This document shows positions 29,002 to 39,146 of a DNA stretch of 64,000 bases, piece after piece. The stretch is taken from contig OY829950.1 of assembly GCA_963692475.1 (NCBI GenBank), positions 2,520,504 through 2,584,503 of the forward strand. The letters are read 5' to 3'. Made by a program: the position numbers and the translations under genes. The stretch's first letter is position 1; every line of letters begins with the position of its first letter. Origin of the DNA: Candidatus Cloacimonadales bacterium. Its GTDB lineage: Bacteria > Cloacimonadota > Cloacimonadia > Cloacimonadales > JAFGVF01. The notes beneath the pieces are model-generated. The model saw only the letters and a program-made list of their open reading frames with translations, searched no databases and was not told the DNA's origin.

Positions 29002-30348
29002 TTACACTTCAGTTGTATTTCTTTCTAAATTTCTAAATGCTGTTAAATGAGGAATAAATACTAATTTAGCAGTTCCAACAGCTCCGTGTCTGTTCTTACC
29101 TATAATAACCTCAGCAATACCCTTATCTGCTGAGTCTTCATTGTAATATTCATCACGATAGATAAACATTACCATATCAGCATCCTGCTCGATAGCTCCT
29201 GATTCACGTAAATCAGCTAATCTTGGCCGTTTATCCTCTCGTGATTCTAAACCACGATTAAGCTGAGAGAGGGCTATTACAGGAACTCCTAACTCTTTTG
29301 CCAAAATCTTTAAAGACCTTGATATCTCAGCAATTTCCTGTTGTCTATTATCCTTAAATCTTTGTGAAGACATTAACTGAAGATAATCTATCAATACTAA
29401 ATCCAAGCCTTTGACTTCAGATTTTAATCTGCGAAGTTTAGCTCTAATTTCTAAAGGTGAATTAGTACCAGTATCATCAATGAAGAGCTTCTTCTCCGAG
29501 AGCATCATACCATAGTTGGTAATTCTCAACATCTTCTCGTCAGTCATACCAAAGCCTTTTAATATAGCATCCATTGGTACTTCAGAGGCGGCAGAAAGCA
29601 TTCTTTTTAGTAATTCATCATCTTCCATCTCCATCGTGAAGATAGCAACTTTCTTGTTATGATGAGTGATAGCATTAAAGGCTATATTTAAGGCTAAGGC
29701 TGTTTTTCCCATCGCAGGACGTGCTGCCAGAATAATCAATTGACCAGGTTTGAAACCACCTGTCTTTCTGTCTAAATCTGTAAAACCAGTTGATACACCA
29801 ATTACTGAAGTGTGTGAAGTGGCTACTTCATTTATGTTTTGCAGAGTTTGACCCATAATGGAAGCTATGTCCTTGAAATAGTTTCCACTTCTTTTATTGG
29901 TCACATTATATATCATCTGCTCAGCATTATCAACAATATCTTCTACATCCTCTTCAGCAGTATAACACTTTTCTATGATGTTATTTGAAGTTACTATTAA
30001 TTCCCTTAACAGAGCCTTTTCTTTAACAATCTTTAAGTGATATGAGATGTTAGCTGTAGAAAGTACAAAGTCAGACACTTTATTAAGATAGTCAGTCCCA
30101 CCAACTTTTTCAATTAAGTTGTTGGGTTGTAATCTTGCGGAAAGTGTAACTAAATCGATTTCAATACTATCACGATATAGTTCTTTCATGGCTTGGTAAA
30201 TTATCTTATGGGCAGTTCTATAGAAATAATTATCTTCTAACTCAGAAATTGCTGTGGAAGCTGCTACATTATCCAACATCATGGCACTTAATACAGCAGC
30301 CTCAGCATTTACATCATAGGGCAGAATTCTATCGGTTGATTGACTCAT
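29002..30348 (-). CDS. dnaB: Replicative DNA helicase DnaB
   Basis: N-terminal PYDVNAEAAVLSAMM, Walker A ARPAMGKTALALN, LVLIDYLQLM, RESGAIEQDADMV. Confidence 0.95.
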   Translation of the reverse strand: MSQSTDRILPYDVNAEAAVLSAMMLDNVAASTAISELEDNYFYRTAHKIIYQAMKELYRDSIEIDLVTLSARLQPNNLIEKVGGTDYLNKVSDFVLSTANISYHLKIVKEKALLRELIVTSNNIIEKCYTAEEDVEDIVDNAEQMIYNVTNKRSGNYFKDIASIMGQTLQNINEVATSHTSVIGVSTGFTDLDRKTGGFKPGQLIILAARPAMGKTALALNIAFNAITHHNKKVAIFTMEMEDDELLKRMLSAASEVPMDAILKGFGMTDEKMLRITNYGMMLSEKKLFIDDTGTNSPLEIRAKLRRLKSEVKGLDLVLIDYLQLMSSQRFKDNRQQEIAEISRSLKILAKELGVPVIALSQLNRGLESREDKRPRLADLRESGAIEQDADMVMFIYRDEYYNEDSADKGIAEVIIGKNRHGAVGTAKLVFIPHLTAFRNLERNTTEV

Positions 30349-30352
30349 TTTT

Positions 30353-30844
30353 TTACCTTAAACCTCTTTTACTTTTTAGAATATCTGCAACACATTTGGG
30401 CACTAATGTTTCCACGTCACCACCTACCGAAGCAATATTTCTAACCATACTTGATGAGAGATATAGGTATTCAAAACGAGGAACCAAGAAGATTGTTTCA
30501 ATCTCACTGCTAAGCTTCTTATTCATAAGGGCTAATTGAAGCTCATATTCAAAATCTGAAACAGCTCTTAAACCACGTATCATAATATTCGTACCTAATT
30601 TTTTGGCAAAATCTACTACTAAGCCTTCAAAAGATTCTGCTCTGGCATTCGGAATATCAATGAGAGCTTCTTGGCATAATTTAGTTCTTTCTTCTAAACT
30701 AAAGAAAGTCTCCTTATAGTTATCTTTAGCAATAGCCATGACAACTTCATCAAACATTTCCGCAGCTTTAGTAACAATGTTTATATGACCAAGTGTAATA
30801 GGGTCGAAAGTACCTGGATAGATGGCTATTTTTTTCTTAATCAT
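30353..30844 (-). CDS. coaD: Phosphopantetheine adenylyltransferase
   Basis: IAIYPGTFDPITLGHINIV, ISSSMVR-like LSSSMVR. Confidence 0.95.
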   Translation of the reverse strand: MIKKKIAIYPGTFDPITLGHINIVTKAAEMFDEVVMAIAKDNYKETFFSLEERTKLCQEALIDIPNARAESFEGLVVDFAKKLGTNIMIRGLRAVSDFEYELQLALMNKKLSSEIETIFLVPRFEYLYLSSSMVRNIASVGGDVETLVPKCVADILKSKRGLR

Positions 30845-32085
30845 CTATTCAATGCAGCCTTTCTGATTATCTCTAATTCTTCAACTTCTTTAGGAATATC
30901 TTCAGATAAAACCTTATAGCCAGTTTCAGTAACCAAGATATCATCTTCTATTCTTACTCCAATTGATTCTTCTGGAATATAAAGCCCAGGCTCAACAGTA
31001 ATGACCATTCCAGCTTCTAAGACAGAATTCCTTGCTCCCACATCATGTGTATCTAAGCCTAAATGATGACCTATTGAATGCATATAATACTTCCTGAACT
31101 CACTATCTTCTTTAATAAGTCCTAATTTGTGGCAAGATTTAGTGATTAATTCATTGGTCCTTTCATTTAACTCTTGCATAGTAGCACCAGGTTTAATCAT
31201 TGCGATTATCTCTTTCTGAGTGTTTAACACTTCTTGATAAACTTCTCTTGCTCTTGGAGTGAACTTTTCACCAATAGGGAAGGTTCTGGTAATATCTGCA
31301 CTATAACCATAACATGAAGCTCCTACATCACAGAGTACCATAGCATTCTCTTCTATCTCTGTGTCATTATCAATATAATGTAAAGTTGTAGCATTTTTTC
31401 CATTTGCAATTATAGGAGTAAATCCCCAAAACCTAAAACCATTAGACAGCATTTCATTATATAACATAGCTTCTAACTCAAATTCAAACATACCAGCTTC
31501 TGCAAAATTGAAAATAACATCTAAACCTTCACCTGTAATATCAATAGCTTTTTGCATTTGTTCTAATTCGAATTCATCTTTTATTTGTCTCAAAGGTCGA
31601 ACAAGGTTAATGAAGTCAGCTACAGCAAGACTTGGAATTCTATTCTTTAAATCTTTAATATATGATAACCTAAGATCAAGAGCTTTATTTAAATCTCCTA
31701 CGTGGTAATTAACATATACTTTTGTGATACTTAAAGAAGTTAATGTAGCAACAATGTTTTCATCAAATTGATCAAGAAACTTAACATTACTAATAGTAGA
31801 AATCTCTGTAGCCTCTTCAGGGTACATCTTAGCACCATCCCACACTATTCTTTCAGGAATATTTCTTTCAATATAAAGTGATTGAGACAGCTTATCAGCA
31901 AATTTAGTAATTAATAATCTGGAATTTGGTATTTCTAATCCAGTAAAATAGAGAAAGTTTTTATCTTGTTCAAAGCGATTTACTTCATGAGTAGAATCAT
32001 TACTAAAGAGGATTACTGCTTCATTGTTCTTCATCTGTTCAGCTAATTTTTCAAATCTTTTTGGTATAAAATCACGAATTTCCAT
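30841..32085 (-). CDS. Xaa-Pro aminopeptidase (M24B)
   Basis: Metal ligand motifs DVGASCYGYSADITRT, HSIGHHLGLDTHD, VEPGLY, RIEDD. Start set at MEIRDF behind GGAGG. Confidence 0.85.
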   Translation of the reverse strand: MEIRDFIPKRFEKLAEQMKNNEAVILFSNDSTHEVNRFEQDKNFLYFTGLEIPNSRLLITKFADKLSQSLYIERNIPERIVWDGAKMYPEEATEISTISNVKFLDQFDENIVATLTSLSITKVYVNYHVGDLNKALDLRLSYIKDLKNRIPSLAVADFINLVRPLRQIKDEFELEQMQKAIDITGEGLDVIFNFAEAGMFEFELEAMLYNEMLSNGFRFWGFTPIIANGKNATTLHYIDNDTEIEENAMVLCDVGASCYGYSADITRTFPIGEKFTPRAREVYQEVLNTQKEIIAMIKPGATMQELNERTNELITKSCHKLGLIKEDSEFRKYYMHSIGHHLGLDTHDVGARNSVLEAGMVITVEPGLYIPEESIGVRIEDDILVTETGYKVLSEDIPKEVEELEIIRKAALNR

Positions 32086-32120
32086 AGTGTACCTCCAATA
32101 GTACAATTTATATATATATT

Positions 32121-33350
32121 TTATTTAATAACTAATTTTCCATATTCTCCGTCATAACCTGGAGGAGAAAACTCAAATCTTTCATTTTTTATTGCGATAA
32201 TTGCATTCAATGTTTCTTTAGGAATAAATTTGTCAAGAAGTTCTCTTATTTCTATTTCATCTGTTAGCCATAATCTTATTTCAGAGGAAAAATGTCTAAT
32301 TATTTCTTCATAAATTTTACTTACTTTGGGAGAAGTAATACTTTTCAAATTAAGAGAATTAGCAATAACTTCAACTAAAGGTATCAAATGAATAGATTTT
32401 CTTTTTAAGGGGATAATTCTCTCATCTTTTAACTGCTTAACTCTATCAGAAACACCTAAAGTCATTTTTTTATGGCAAATAGGACAAATCAAATCATCAG
32501 AACTTTTAGCTTCAATCATAAATTGCTCTTTGTTAGGATGCCTTTTGGCTGAATGCCCTGTTCTAAAATAGCGTCCTTCCGCAGGATTAAACTCTGCTGT
32601 TAGTATTACTTTGTTATCTCTAATTGATTTAATGATTGAACTATAAGAGATATCTTCAACATCAAGAATAGTGAATTCTCTTCCAACTCTGTTGAGGGCA
32701 GAGCTATGACAATCACTATTAGAAATAAAAGTCAGATTAGCTATTTTAGGTATCTGTTCTAATTGCTCAGGATCTGCGCTTAATCCAGTCTCGACAGCGT
32801 GAATATTAGATAGAAAAGAGCCATAAAACTCTTCTATATCACTTAACATATTTTTGCAACCCATTACACCATCTGGAGTCATAATGTGAGCTGGAATAAT
32901 CTCTATCTCAGGATGAATAGAAACAATTTCATTAAGTCTTTCTATCATTTGTCCTTGATTCTCTGAAACAATAAAGGGTCTGCCGATAGTATTCTTTTGT
33001 TGCCATTTATCCATAAGCAAAGCACATTTTTTTACTGATTGGAAGTCTGGGAAAAGAATTATATGATGAGCAATAATCTTATTTTTATACTTGTCTAATT
33101 TAACAGTTAAAATTACTTCAGTTTGTAACAAAAAAGAAGATGAGTCTTCTAAGTTAAGTTTATAGAGTCCATTACCATTGTCAATAAGTGTGTTTTCCAA
33201 CTCAAGATATCTTTGTGGTAAAAGCACATCTCCTGTTCCAAAAACATCTATTCCTTTCTTTTTCATTGTCGAGGATATATCTTCAAGAAGAATTGTTCCT
33301 ACACCACCAGCGTATCCAGAATGCGAATGTAAATCTACAGCTAATTTCAT
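32121..33350 (-). CDS. Endonuclease Q-like PHP-domain protein with internal zinc finger
   Basis: Collinear with archaeal EndoQ as I recall it: DLHSHSGY, GTGD, HHIILFP, PAHIMTP, ETGLSAD, SNSDCHS...VGREF, CPICHKKMTLGVSDRV, C-terminal PPGYDGEYGKL. Confidence 0.7.
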   Translation of the reverse strand: MKLAVDLHSHSGYAGGVGTILLEDISSTMKKKGIDVFGTGDVLLPQRYLELENTLIDNGNGLYKLNLEDSSSFLLQTEVILTVKLDKYKNKIIAHHIILFPDFQSVKKCALLMDKWQQKNTIGRPFIVSENQGQMIERLNEIVSIHPEIEIIPAHIMTPDGVMGCKNMLSDIEEFYGSFLSNIHAVETGLSADPEQLEQIPKIANLTFISNSDCHSSALNRVGREFTILDVEDISYSSIIKSIRDNKVILTAEFNPAEGRYFRTGHSAKRHPNKEQFMIEAKSSDDLICPICHKKMTLGVSDRVKQLKDERIIPLKRKSIHLIPLVEVIANSLNLKSITSPKVSKIYEEIIRHFSSEIRLWLTDEIEIRELLDKFIPKETLNAIIAIKNERFEFSPPGYDGEYGKLVIK

Positions 33351-33380
33351 TTATTCAGTGTTCTCCAATTTTGTAAAAAA

Positions 33381-33417
33381 AAGCAAAAACTTTTGATTAA
33401 TCAAAAAGTTTTTGCTT
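33381..33417. terminator. Bidirectional-looking terminator hairpin downstream of the TraB/GumN gene
   Basis: Perfect palindrome AAGCAAAAACTTTTTGATT / AATCAAAAAGTTTTTGCTT, flanked by an A-run on one side. Confidence 0.55.
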
Positions 33418-33444
33418 AATATGTCAATAACAAATTTATTTAAT

Positions 33445-34338
33445 TTAGTATTTTATAATTTCATACTTATTAGTTTTGTTTAATCTGTTAATAATACCAG
33501 TTTTATTGACATAATGTCCAGCTCCTAAAATAATAAACCCGTTTTTATTCTCTGCTAACAAAGATTCAATTTTTTCAGTCATATTAACGTCTCTCTCTCC
33601 GAAAAGAGTTGCCATATATTTAGCCTCTTCTTCAGTTTCAGCCGAGGTAAGCATTTCATTCATTGCAAATGCATCACCGGATTGCCAAATCGTAGCTAAA
33701 GAATCTAACATAACTTGAAAGTCTTTCGATTCTTTTAAGGTACTATAGAGCATACCTTCAGCAATCTCTTCATCAGCAAAAAGCAAGTTAAGTTGACTGT
33801 CTAATGACTCAAATTCAACAATAGTTTTACCGTCTTCTTTTGCTTTTTTAAGGTAATGCATGTCTATTCCATACTCTGCATTTAGTCCTGCTAATTGTGC
33901 TTCCATTTCTGAGATAGACATAGTGATAATACCTGGTTTTAAATTCCCAAAACTATCAATACTCAGTCCTTTCTCTTGTAGATAAGAACTTAACAATTCT
34001 TTTGTTTTAGGGCTGATATGATCAATTAATTTTGAACCGTCAGTATAAGACATATACTGAATCAAAGACTTCGTCATAGCTGTACTATCAATATTAAGCA
34101 TATCAATTTCAACACCTAAAAGGTCACTATTTTGATAAGCTGATTCGATAACAGCAGGCAGAGGGTAAAAGTCAGCTTTACCAAAATGCATTGAACCTAA
34201 TAAGTAAACGCTGCTGTCATTATCTGACACTTTCCAAAACATCATCTCACCACCAGCTAATGGATCTTTTGTATTGCTACTACAAGCTATCATTAAAATT
34301 AACGTAAGGCCAATAAAAAGCAAACTTCTAATTTTCAT
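33445..34338 (-). CDS. TraB/GumN family lipoprotein
   Basis: Lipobox LMIACS; MFWKVSDNDSSVYLLGSMHFG...; C-terminal GAGH motif (IILGAGHYV). Confidence 0.7.
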   Translation of the reverse strand: MKIRSLLFIGLTLILMIACSSNTKDPLAGGEMMFWKVSDNDSSVYLLGSMHFGKADFYPLPAVIESAYQNSDLLGVEIDMLNIDSTAMTKSLIQYMSYTDGSKLIDHISPKTKELLSSYLQEKGLSIDSFGNLKPGIITMSISEMEAQLAGLNAEYGIDMHYLKKAKEDGKTIVEFESLDSQLNLLFADEEIAEGMLYSTLKESKDFQVMLDSLATIWQSGDAFAMNEMLTSAETEEEAKYMATLFGERDVNMTEKIESLLAENKNGFIILGAGHYVNKTGIINRLNKTNKYEIIKY

Positions 34339-34375
34339 ATTTCTTCCTTCTTCTTCCTTTTATATAATTATATTT

Positions 34376-34972
34376 GGCTCAAGTTCAAGTAATGTTTAAA
34401 AAAAAGAGATTTTTATTATAGTATATTCATTTTATAATAGAAAGTTACGAGTTTAAACCCAAATAATGCAATAGAGCTTTAGTGAAGAGTGCAAATTCTT
34501 TTAGCAAAATAGCTTGCAGAATTCTGACGCATATAATATATATATTCGGAAGAATTATGTAAGTTACTTTTGCAAAAGAATATAGTGCTATTCTCAAAGA
34601 TCTATTGCATTATTTGGGTTAAATTTACTGTAGAGTATATTTTGCTTGTAAATAAGACTCTAATAATATAATTCAAAACAATAGTAAGCAAGCATGCCCC
34701 TTAGAAAAGGTATTGTTCTTTTCGACAAGATCATATTATGTGTATTGAACTTATATATCTTCACTATCATGTTTCTGTTGGCTCTCAGCTTAGTGGATGG
34801 CTTATAGATGCCTAATAAACCCCTAATAAACACCCAATAGACTATCTGACATAAATCAGATAATGTAGGATTAGATTTCCCAAGAAAAAAAAGACTTCAT
34901 GTTGGATGTTAACAGAAAATTCTACAAGATGTGGTTTATTTATAAAATTTCCACCAGACTTGAACTTGAGCC
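34376..34972. mobile_element. MITE-A copy 2 (597 bp, carries a nested insertion) with perfect 15-bp TIR and 8-bp TSD
   Basis: Ends are GGCTCAAGTTCAAGT and ACTTGAACTTGAGCC (15/15). It is flanked by identical TTATATTT at 34368-34375 and 34973-34980. It is collinear with copy 1 apart from the 161-bp insert. Confidence 0.85.
34458..34618. mobile_element. Nested 161-bp foldback MITE (MITE-B) inserted inside MITE-A copy 2
   Basis: 18-bp perfect TIR CCCAAATAATGCAATAGA / TCTATTGCATTATTTGGG, flanked by TTAAA on both sides (34453-34457 and 34619-34623). The empty site is preserved in copy 1 (GAGTTTTAATTTAC near 8338-8351). Confidence 0.75.
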
Positions 34973-34985
34973 TTATATTTAAGTA

Positions 34986-35012
34986 TAAAAAAATGGCAAC
35001 AAAAGTTGCCAT
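34986..35012 (-). terminator. Intrinsic terminator of the 35040-37424 gene
   Basis: ATGGCAAC-TTTT-GTTGCCAT 8-bp perfect stem followed by T7 on the - strand. Confidence 0.75.
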
Positions 35013-35039
35013 TTGTATATCAATTTTTAGTTATACTGA

Positions 35040-37424
35040 TTAATCATTTAAGAGCTCGTTAAACATAAGTGTTAACTCAGAACGATTCATGAAAGATAAT
35101 GGGAAACCGAATGCATAACATTTGTTTTGAGGAGTTATTTTACCAATAGCTAATGGTACTTCATTAAATTGGTTATAAATCTCTTCTGTAGTTGGAGCAT
35201 AGTTATTAGTAGGGTCAATATCTTTAATCTTTGCTCTATAAATAACCTTAGTTAAATAATCTTCAGGGGTTGCATAATTATCAGAGAAATAAGCCAAATC
35301 AGATAACCCCTGTCTTTGTGTAAGGATTAGATTATGTGATTCTTCTAAATTGAGGTTTAGAACAGGAAGATTACTAAGCGAAGCAATTTCATTTGTTGGA
35401 GTTGCTCCGATAAAGTAAGGTTTTGGAGGAGATTGTTGTAAGAATACAAGTGAATTCGATACAAAATTAATTCCAAAATAATTTCTGAACATATTTCTAT
35501 TACGGTTTATCATCTCATCGTTAATTGATTTTAAGTTACCAGCTGCACTTATAAGAATGTTTCCACCACTGTTTAAATATAACTTTAAAGCATCATAATC
35601 ACTACCAAAGTAAGTTGTACCTGCAACCTCTTCACGGTAGATAACAGTTTTATATCTTTGTAAGTCTGAATAAGCTAAATTACAAGCATTTGCTGATAAT
35701 CCAATAGTTGCATTAATATCGCTTCTATCAAAGTAATCAACTCCTGAGAAATCGCTTAATACTTCATGGTAAACAGAATCAGCATAAACCTGAGTTTGAC
35801 TCCAAGTAGGGAAAGTAGAAGCTTCAAAAACCATTATGCCATTTCTATTTGCCTTTGCAATAGGGTCTATAAGATTAAACTCTAAAACAGCAGGAGTAGG
35901 ATCATATTCATATTGTAAGTCAACAGCACTAATCTCTAATTTGTGCATACCTGAGTCTAAATTACCAATATCTAATCCTTTAGCGATTGACCATACACTA
36001 TTTTTAGGAACTCTTAACCATTGTGTTCCATCTTCATGAGTTACTGTATTATTTGGATCTTGGGATAAAGCGTAAAAGTCAAATGGAGCATCATCGAATC
36101 TAATATCAAAAGCAACGATTTCAGAATAGTAATCTTTATCATCAGCTTCATTAAGTACACGACCTACTTCTGTATCATAAGGACTATCAGAGTAAGTAAT
36201 AGCACCTGAACTAGAAGTTGGAGGAGTACCGTATTGGCCATAATATCCCCATTTTGCATAAACTTTTAAGTTTGTTGAATTAACTGCAGTAAAATTTCCT
36301 TCAGTGTCAGTAAAGAAGTTAGTTGCATAGATTACAGGTATTGGACCATCTTTAAAAATGTAAGGATAATTCTCTTGGTCTTCAGAATCTACATAATCTT
36401 TATAATGATTATCACCAAGCGCATAGACTTTTTCCGGATAAATCATAGTATTAGGATGGAATCCTTCTTTTACTGCAAATTCAATATTTGATTCATTAGA
36501 TTTAACCCCAGCATAGTTGTAGGCATGAGCAGTGACTCTAGTAAAAGTAAGTTGAGAAGCGTCTGGCTCTGTACTTTCAAAATCAGGAGTTAAGGCAGGT
36601 TCAGAATTTTTTGTAAGTATGATTTCGCGTGAAGTAGTAACGAACCAACCGGTTTCTTCGATTAATTCGGCAGTATCAGTTGAATCAGCATCTTCGTCAT
36701 AAACATATTTTCCTACTTTATATTCAAAATAATCAGCACCAGGAACACCAAGTGGATCACCAGGAACTGTACTCATTGAGAAAGTAATATAAAGTCCAGT
36801 ACCAACTTGTTTTCCGTTAGGATTTCCTCTTGATGTAGAAAGAATACAAGTTGGAATAGATGATATTGTTTTAAAAGATTTCTTAGCAATATTACTTACA
36901 GTGCCTCTATTATCAATAGCTATAACTTCAAAGCTACTAATTTTAATAGTAGGTTCTCCATTTTCATTTGATGGGAAATTTACTGTAGCATATTGCTCTT
37001 GTGACCATATTGTTTTTTTAGCAAGGTCAGAGGTTAAAGGGATACTTTCATCAGCACCTTCTTTATAATGAACTACCCAGCCTACTAATTCTTCACCTTC
37101 ATAAGTAATAGATTCAATTTCACCAATATCATCAATTACAGAGTTTCCTGGAGTAGCAATAGGATTTCCATTTTCATCTAATATTCTATATGCTATTCCG
37201 GTAATAGTTCCATCAATATCGTTAGCATTCCAATAAATTTTTTGCTGGAAAACTAAACTATCTAAATCAGATGCGGCTTCTTCATTTTCTGCACCTTCCC
37301 AAGAAGTAATTCTTATAACGGGTGCATTATTGCTTTTATAATCACCATCAACTCCACATGCTGTAAGAGCTAAAAGAACTGCAATAGTTCCTAAAAGCAA
37401 ACTCATTTTTAAAGCTTTACGCAT
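35040..37424 (-). CDS. Large lipoprotein of unknown function
   Basis: Lipobox LLALTACG; start set at MRKALK behind GGGAGG. No motif recognised and no T9SS-type CTD. Confidence 0.6.
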   Translation of the reverse strand: MRKALKMSLLLGTIAVLLALTACGVDGDYKSNNAPVIRITSWEGAENEEAASDLDSLVFQQKIYWNANDIDGTITGIAYRILDENGNPIATPGNSVIDDIGEIESITYEGEELVGWVVHYKEGADESIPLTSDLAKKTIWSQEQYATVNFPSNENGEPTIKISSFEVIAIDNRGTVSNIAKKSFKTISSIPTCILSTSRGNPNGKQVGTGLYITFSMSTVPGDPLGVPGADYFEYKVGKYVYDEDADSTDTAELIEETGWFVTTSREIILTKNSEPALTPDFESTEPDASQLTFTRVTAHAYNYAGVKSNESNIEFAVKEGFHPNTMIYPEKVYALGDNHYKDYVDSEDQENYPYIFKDGPIPVIYATNFFTDTEGNFTAVNSTNLKVYAKWGYYGQYGTPPTSSSGAITYSDSPYDTEVGRVLNEADDKDYYSEIVAFDIRFDDAPFDFYALSQDPNNTVTHEDGTQWLRVPKNSVWSIAKGLDIGNLDSGMHKLEISAVDLQYEYDPTPAVLEFNLIDPIAKANRNGIMVFEASTFPTWSQTQVYADSVYHEVLSDFSGVDYFDRSDINATIGLSANACNLAYSDLQRYKTVIYREEVAGTTYFGSDYDALKLYLNSGGNILISAAGNLKSINDEMINRNRNMFRNYFGINFVSNSLVFLQQSPPKPYFIGATPTNEIASLSNLPVLNLNLEESHNLILTQRQGLSDLAYFSDNYATPEDYLTKVIYRAKIKDIDPTNNYAPTTEEIYNQFNEVPLAIGKITPQNKCYAFGFPLSFMNRSELTLMFNELLND

Positions 37425-37500
37425 TAACATCCTCCCAAGGTCATTAATTATTATCATTTTAAAGTTAATTTTTCAAGTTTGTTTTATTTAGTCAATATAT

Positions 37501-38370
37501 TTATTTAAAATTAGTATTTTTTTTTGATTTTAATAGATTTTTAAACAGTTCATAGGTTGTTACAGAGCCAATTCCTCCAGGAACAGGGGTAATCGCTTGT
37601 ACATGGTCGAACACTGCTTGATAATCAACATCTCCTACATAGTTAGCGTTACCTGAAGAATCAATTACTTCATTGATACCTACATCGATAACAATACAAT
37701 CTTTTTTTAGAAAATCTTGAGTAACAAAGTTTGCTTTACCTATAGCAGCTATTAAGATATCTGCTCTTTGGGTAACTTCTTTGATATTATTTGTTCTACT
37801 ATGACAGACAGTAACAGTAGCATTACCAGTTTTATCTTTTCTTAACAACATATTAGCGAGAGGTTTACCTACAATAGCACTTCTGCCTAATACAACAATA
37901 TTTTTCCCTGTGGTTTCGATGTTATAATAGTCCATCATAGTTAAGCAAGCAGTTGCAGTGCAAGGAAACAATCCCTCTTGTTCTAAAAGAAGTTTTCCTA
38001 AATTCTCTGGGTGAAATCCATCAACATCTTTATTTGCTTTAATCAAAGAATTAATTTCAGACTCATCAATTTGCTCAGGAAGAGGCTTTTGCAGCATAAT
38101 ACCAGCAACTGAATTATCATTATTAAAACTTTCAATCAAAGAAACTAAATCATGTTGAGTAGTTGTTTCATCTAAAGTTATTAAATCAACTTCTACTCCC
38201 AATTTCTTACCTTGATTTAAAATATTTTGAACATAGAATGCTGATGCAGGGTCTTCACCGAGTCTAATAACCTTCATTATAAGAGGCTCAGTTAGACTTG
38301 CGATCTCTGCTTTTAGTTCTTTATATTTATCTTTTATCAAAGGTTTAGCTTTAAGAATTTTCTCCATCAA
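37501..38370 (-). CDS. folD: Bifunctional methylenetetrahydrofolate dehydrogenase/cyclohydrolase
   Basis: VGRSAIVGKPLANML, ATVTVCHSRT, TPVPGGIG. Confidence 0.95.
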   Translation of the reverse strand: MMEKILKAKPLIKDKYKELKAEIASLTEPLIMKVIRLGEDPASAFYVQNILNQGKKLGVEVDLITLDETTTQHDLVSLIESFNNDNSVAGIMLQKPLPEQIDESEINSLIKANKDVDGFHPENLGKLLLEQEGLFPCTATACLTMMDYYNIETTGKNIVVLGRSAIVGKPLANMLLRKDKTGNATVTVCHSRTNNIKEVTQRADILIAAIGKANFVTQDFLKKDCIVIDVGINEVIDSSGNANYVGDVDYQAVFDHVQAITPVPGGIGSVTTYELFKNLLKSKKNTNFK

Positions 38371-39142
38371 AGCATCTCCTTATTCTTATTATATTTTTTG
38401 CTTGATTAGATTTATCATCAATGTCTATTAATACACCGTTAATTTCTAATCCTTTTTGAGAAACCTTATAGGGGCGATGGATACCATCTTTGATAGCATC
38501 CAAGATTATATTCTTTTGAACACCAATAACAGATTCATGTCCGCCAGTCATGCCAGCATCGGTAAGATAAGCTGTGCCATGAGACAAAATCTGTTCATCA
38601 GCAGTCTGAATATGGGTGTGGGTTCCAATCATAGCAGATACTCTACCATTCAGGAACCAGCCCATAGCTTTCTTTTCGGCAGTAGCTTCGGCATGAAAGT
38701 CGACAAAAATAACATTATCCTCAAGTGGATAATCAGCTAATAGGTTATCGATTGTTTCAAAAGGAGAATCTGCTGCTGGCATAAAGCTTTGTCCAGCTAA
38801 GTTAACGATTAATAGATTTTTCTCTTGGATTTTTACATTTATGAAATCCATGCCTATCTTTGGCTTGGGATAATTCAAAGGTTTACAGATTCTGCTCTCT
38901 TGCTCTAAGTAGCTTAGTGAATCAGCTTTGTCCCATAAGTGATTTCCACTTGTCGCGTAATCAACACCGTAGGAAAATGCTATTTTGGCACATTTTTCGC
39001 TAATACCACGACCATCAGCAAGATTTTCAAAATTAGCAATACAGATATCTACGGAAAACTCATTTTTGAGAAATTTCAGATTTCGTTTTAAAACTTCTCT
39101 TCCAGGTTTTCCATAGATATCACCTAAGAATAATATTTTCAT
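38351..39142 (-). CDS. ymdB: YmdB-family metallophosphoesterase (2',3'-cyclic-nucleotide phosphodiesterase, TIGR00282-like)
   Basis: MKILFLGDIYGKPGR, NFENLADGRGI, GNHLWD, DFHAEATAEK, GTHTHIQTADE. It follows rny, as in Firmicutes. Confidence 0.85.
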   Translation of the reverse strand: MKILFLGDIYGKPGREVLKRNLKFLKNEFSVDICIANFENLADGRGISEKCAKIAFSYGVDYATSGNHLWDKADSLSYLEQESRICKPLNYPKPKIGMDFINVKIQEKNLLIVNLAGQSFMPAADSPFETIDNLLADYPLEDNVIFVDFHAEATAEKKAMGWFLNGRVSAMIGTHTHIQTADEQILSHGTAYLTDAGMTGGHESVIGVQKNIILDAIKDGIHRPYKVSQKGLEINGVLIDIDDKSNQAKNIIRIRRCFDGENS

Positions 39143-39146
39143 AAAT

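Noticed and set aside
30249-30539. 96-aa + strand ORF spanning the dnaB/coaD junction
   Set aside because: It is antisense to two confident genes.
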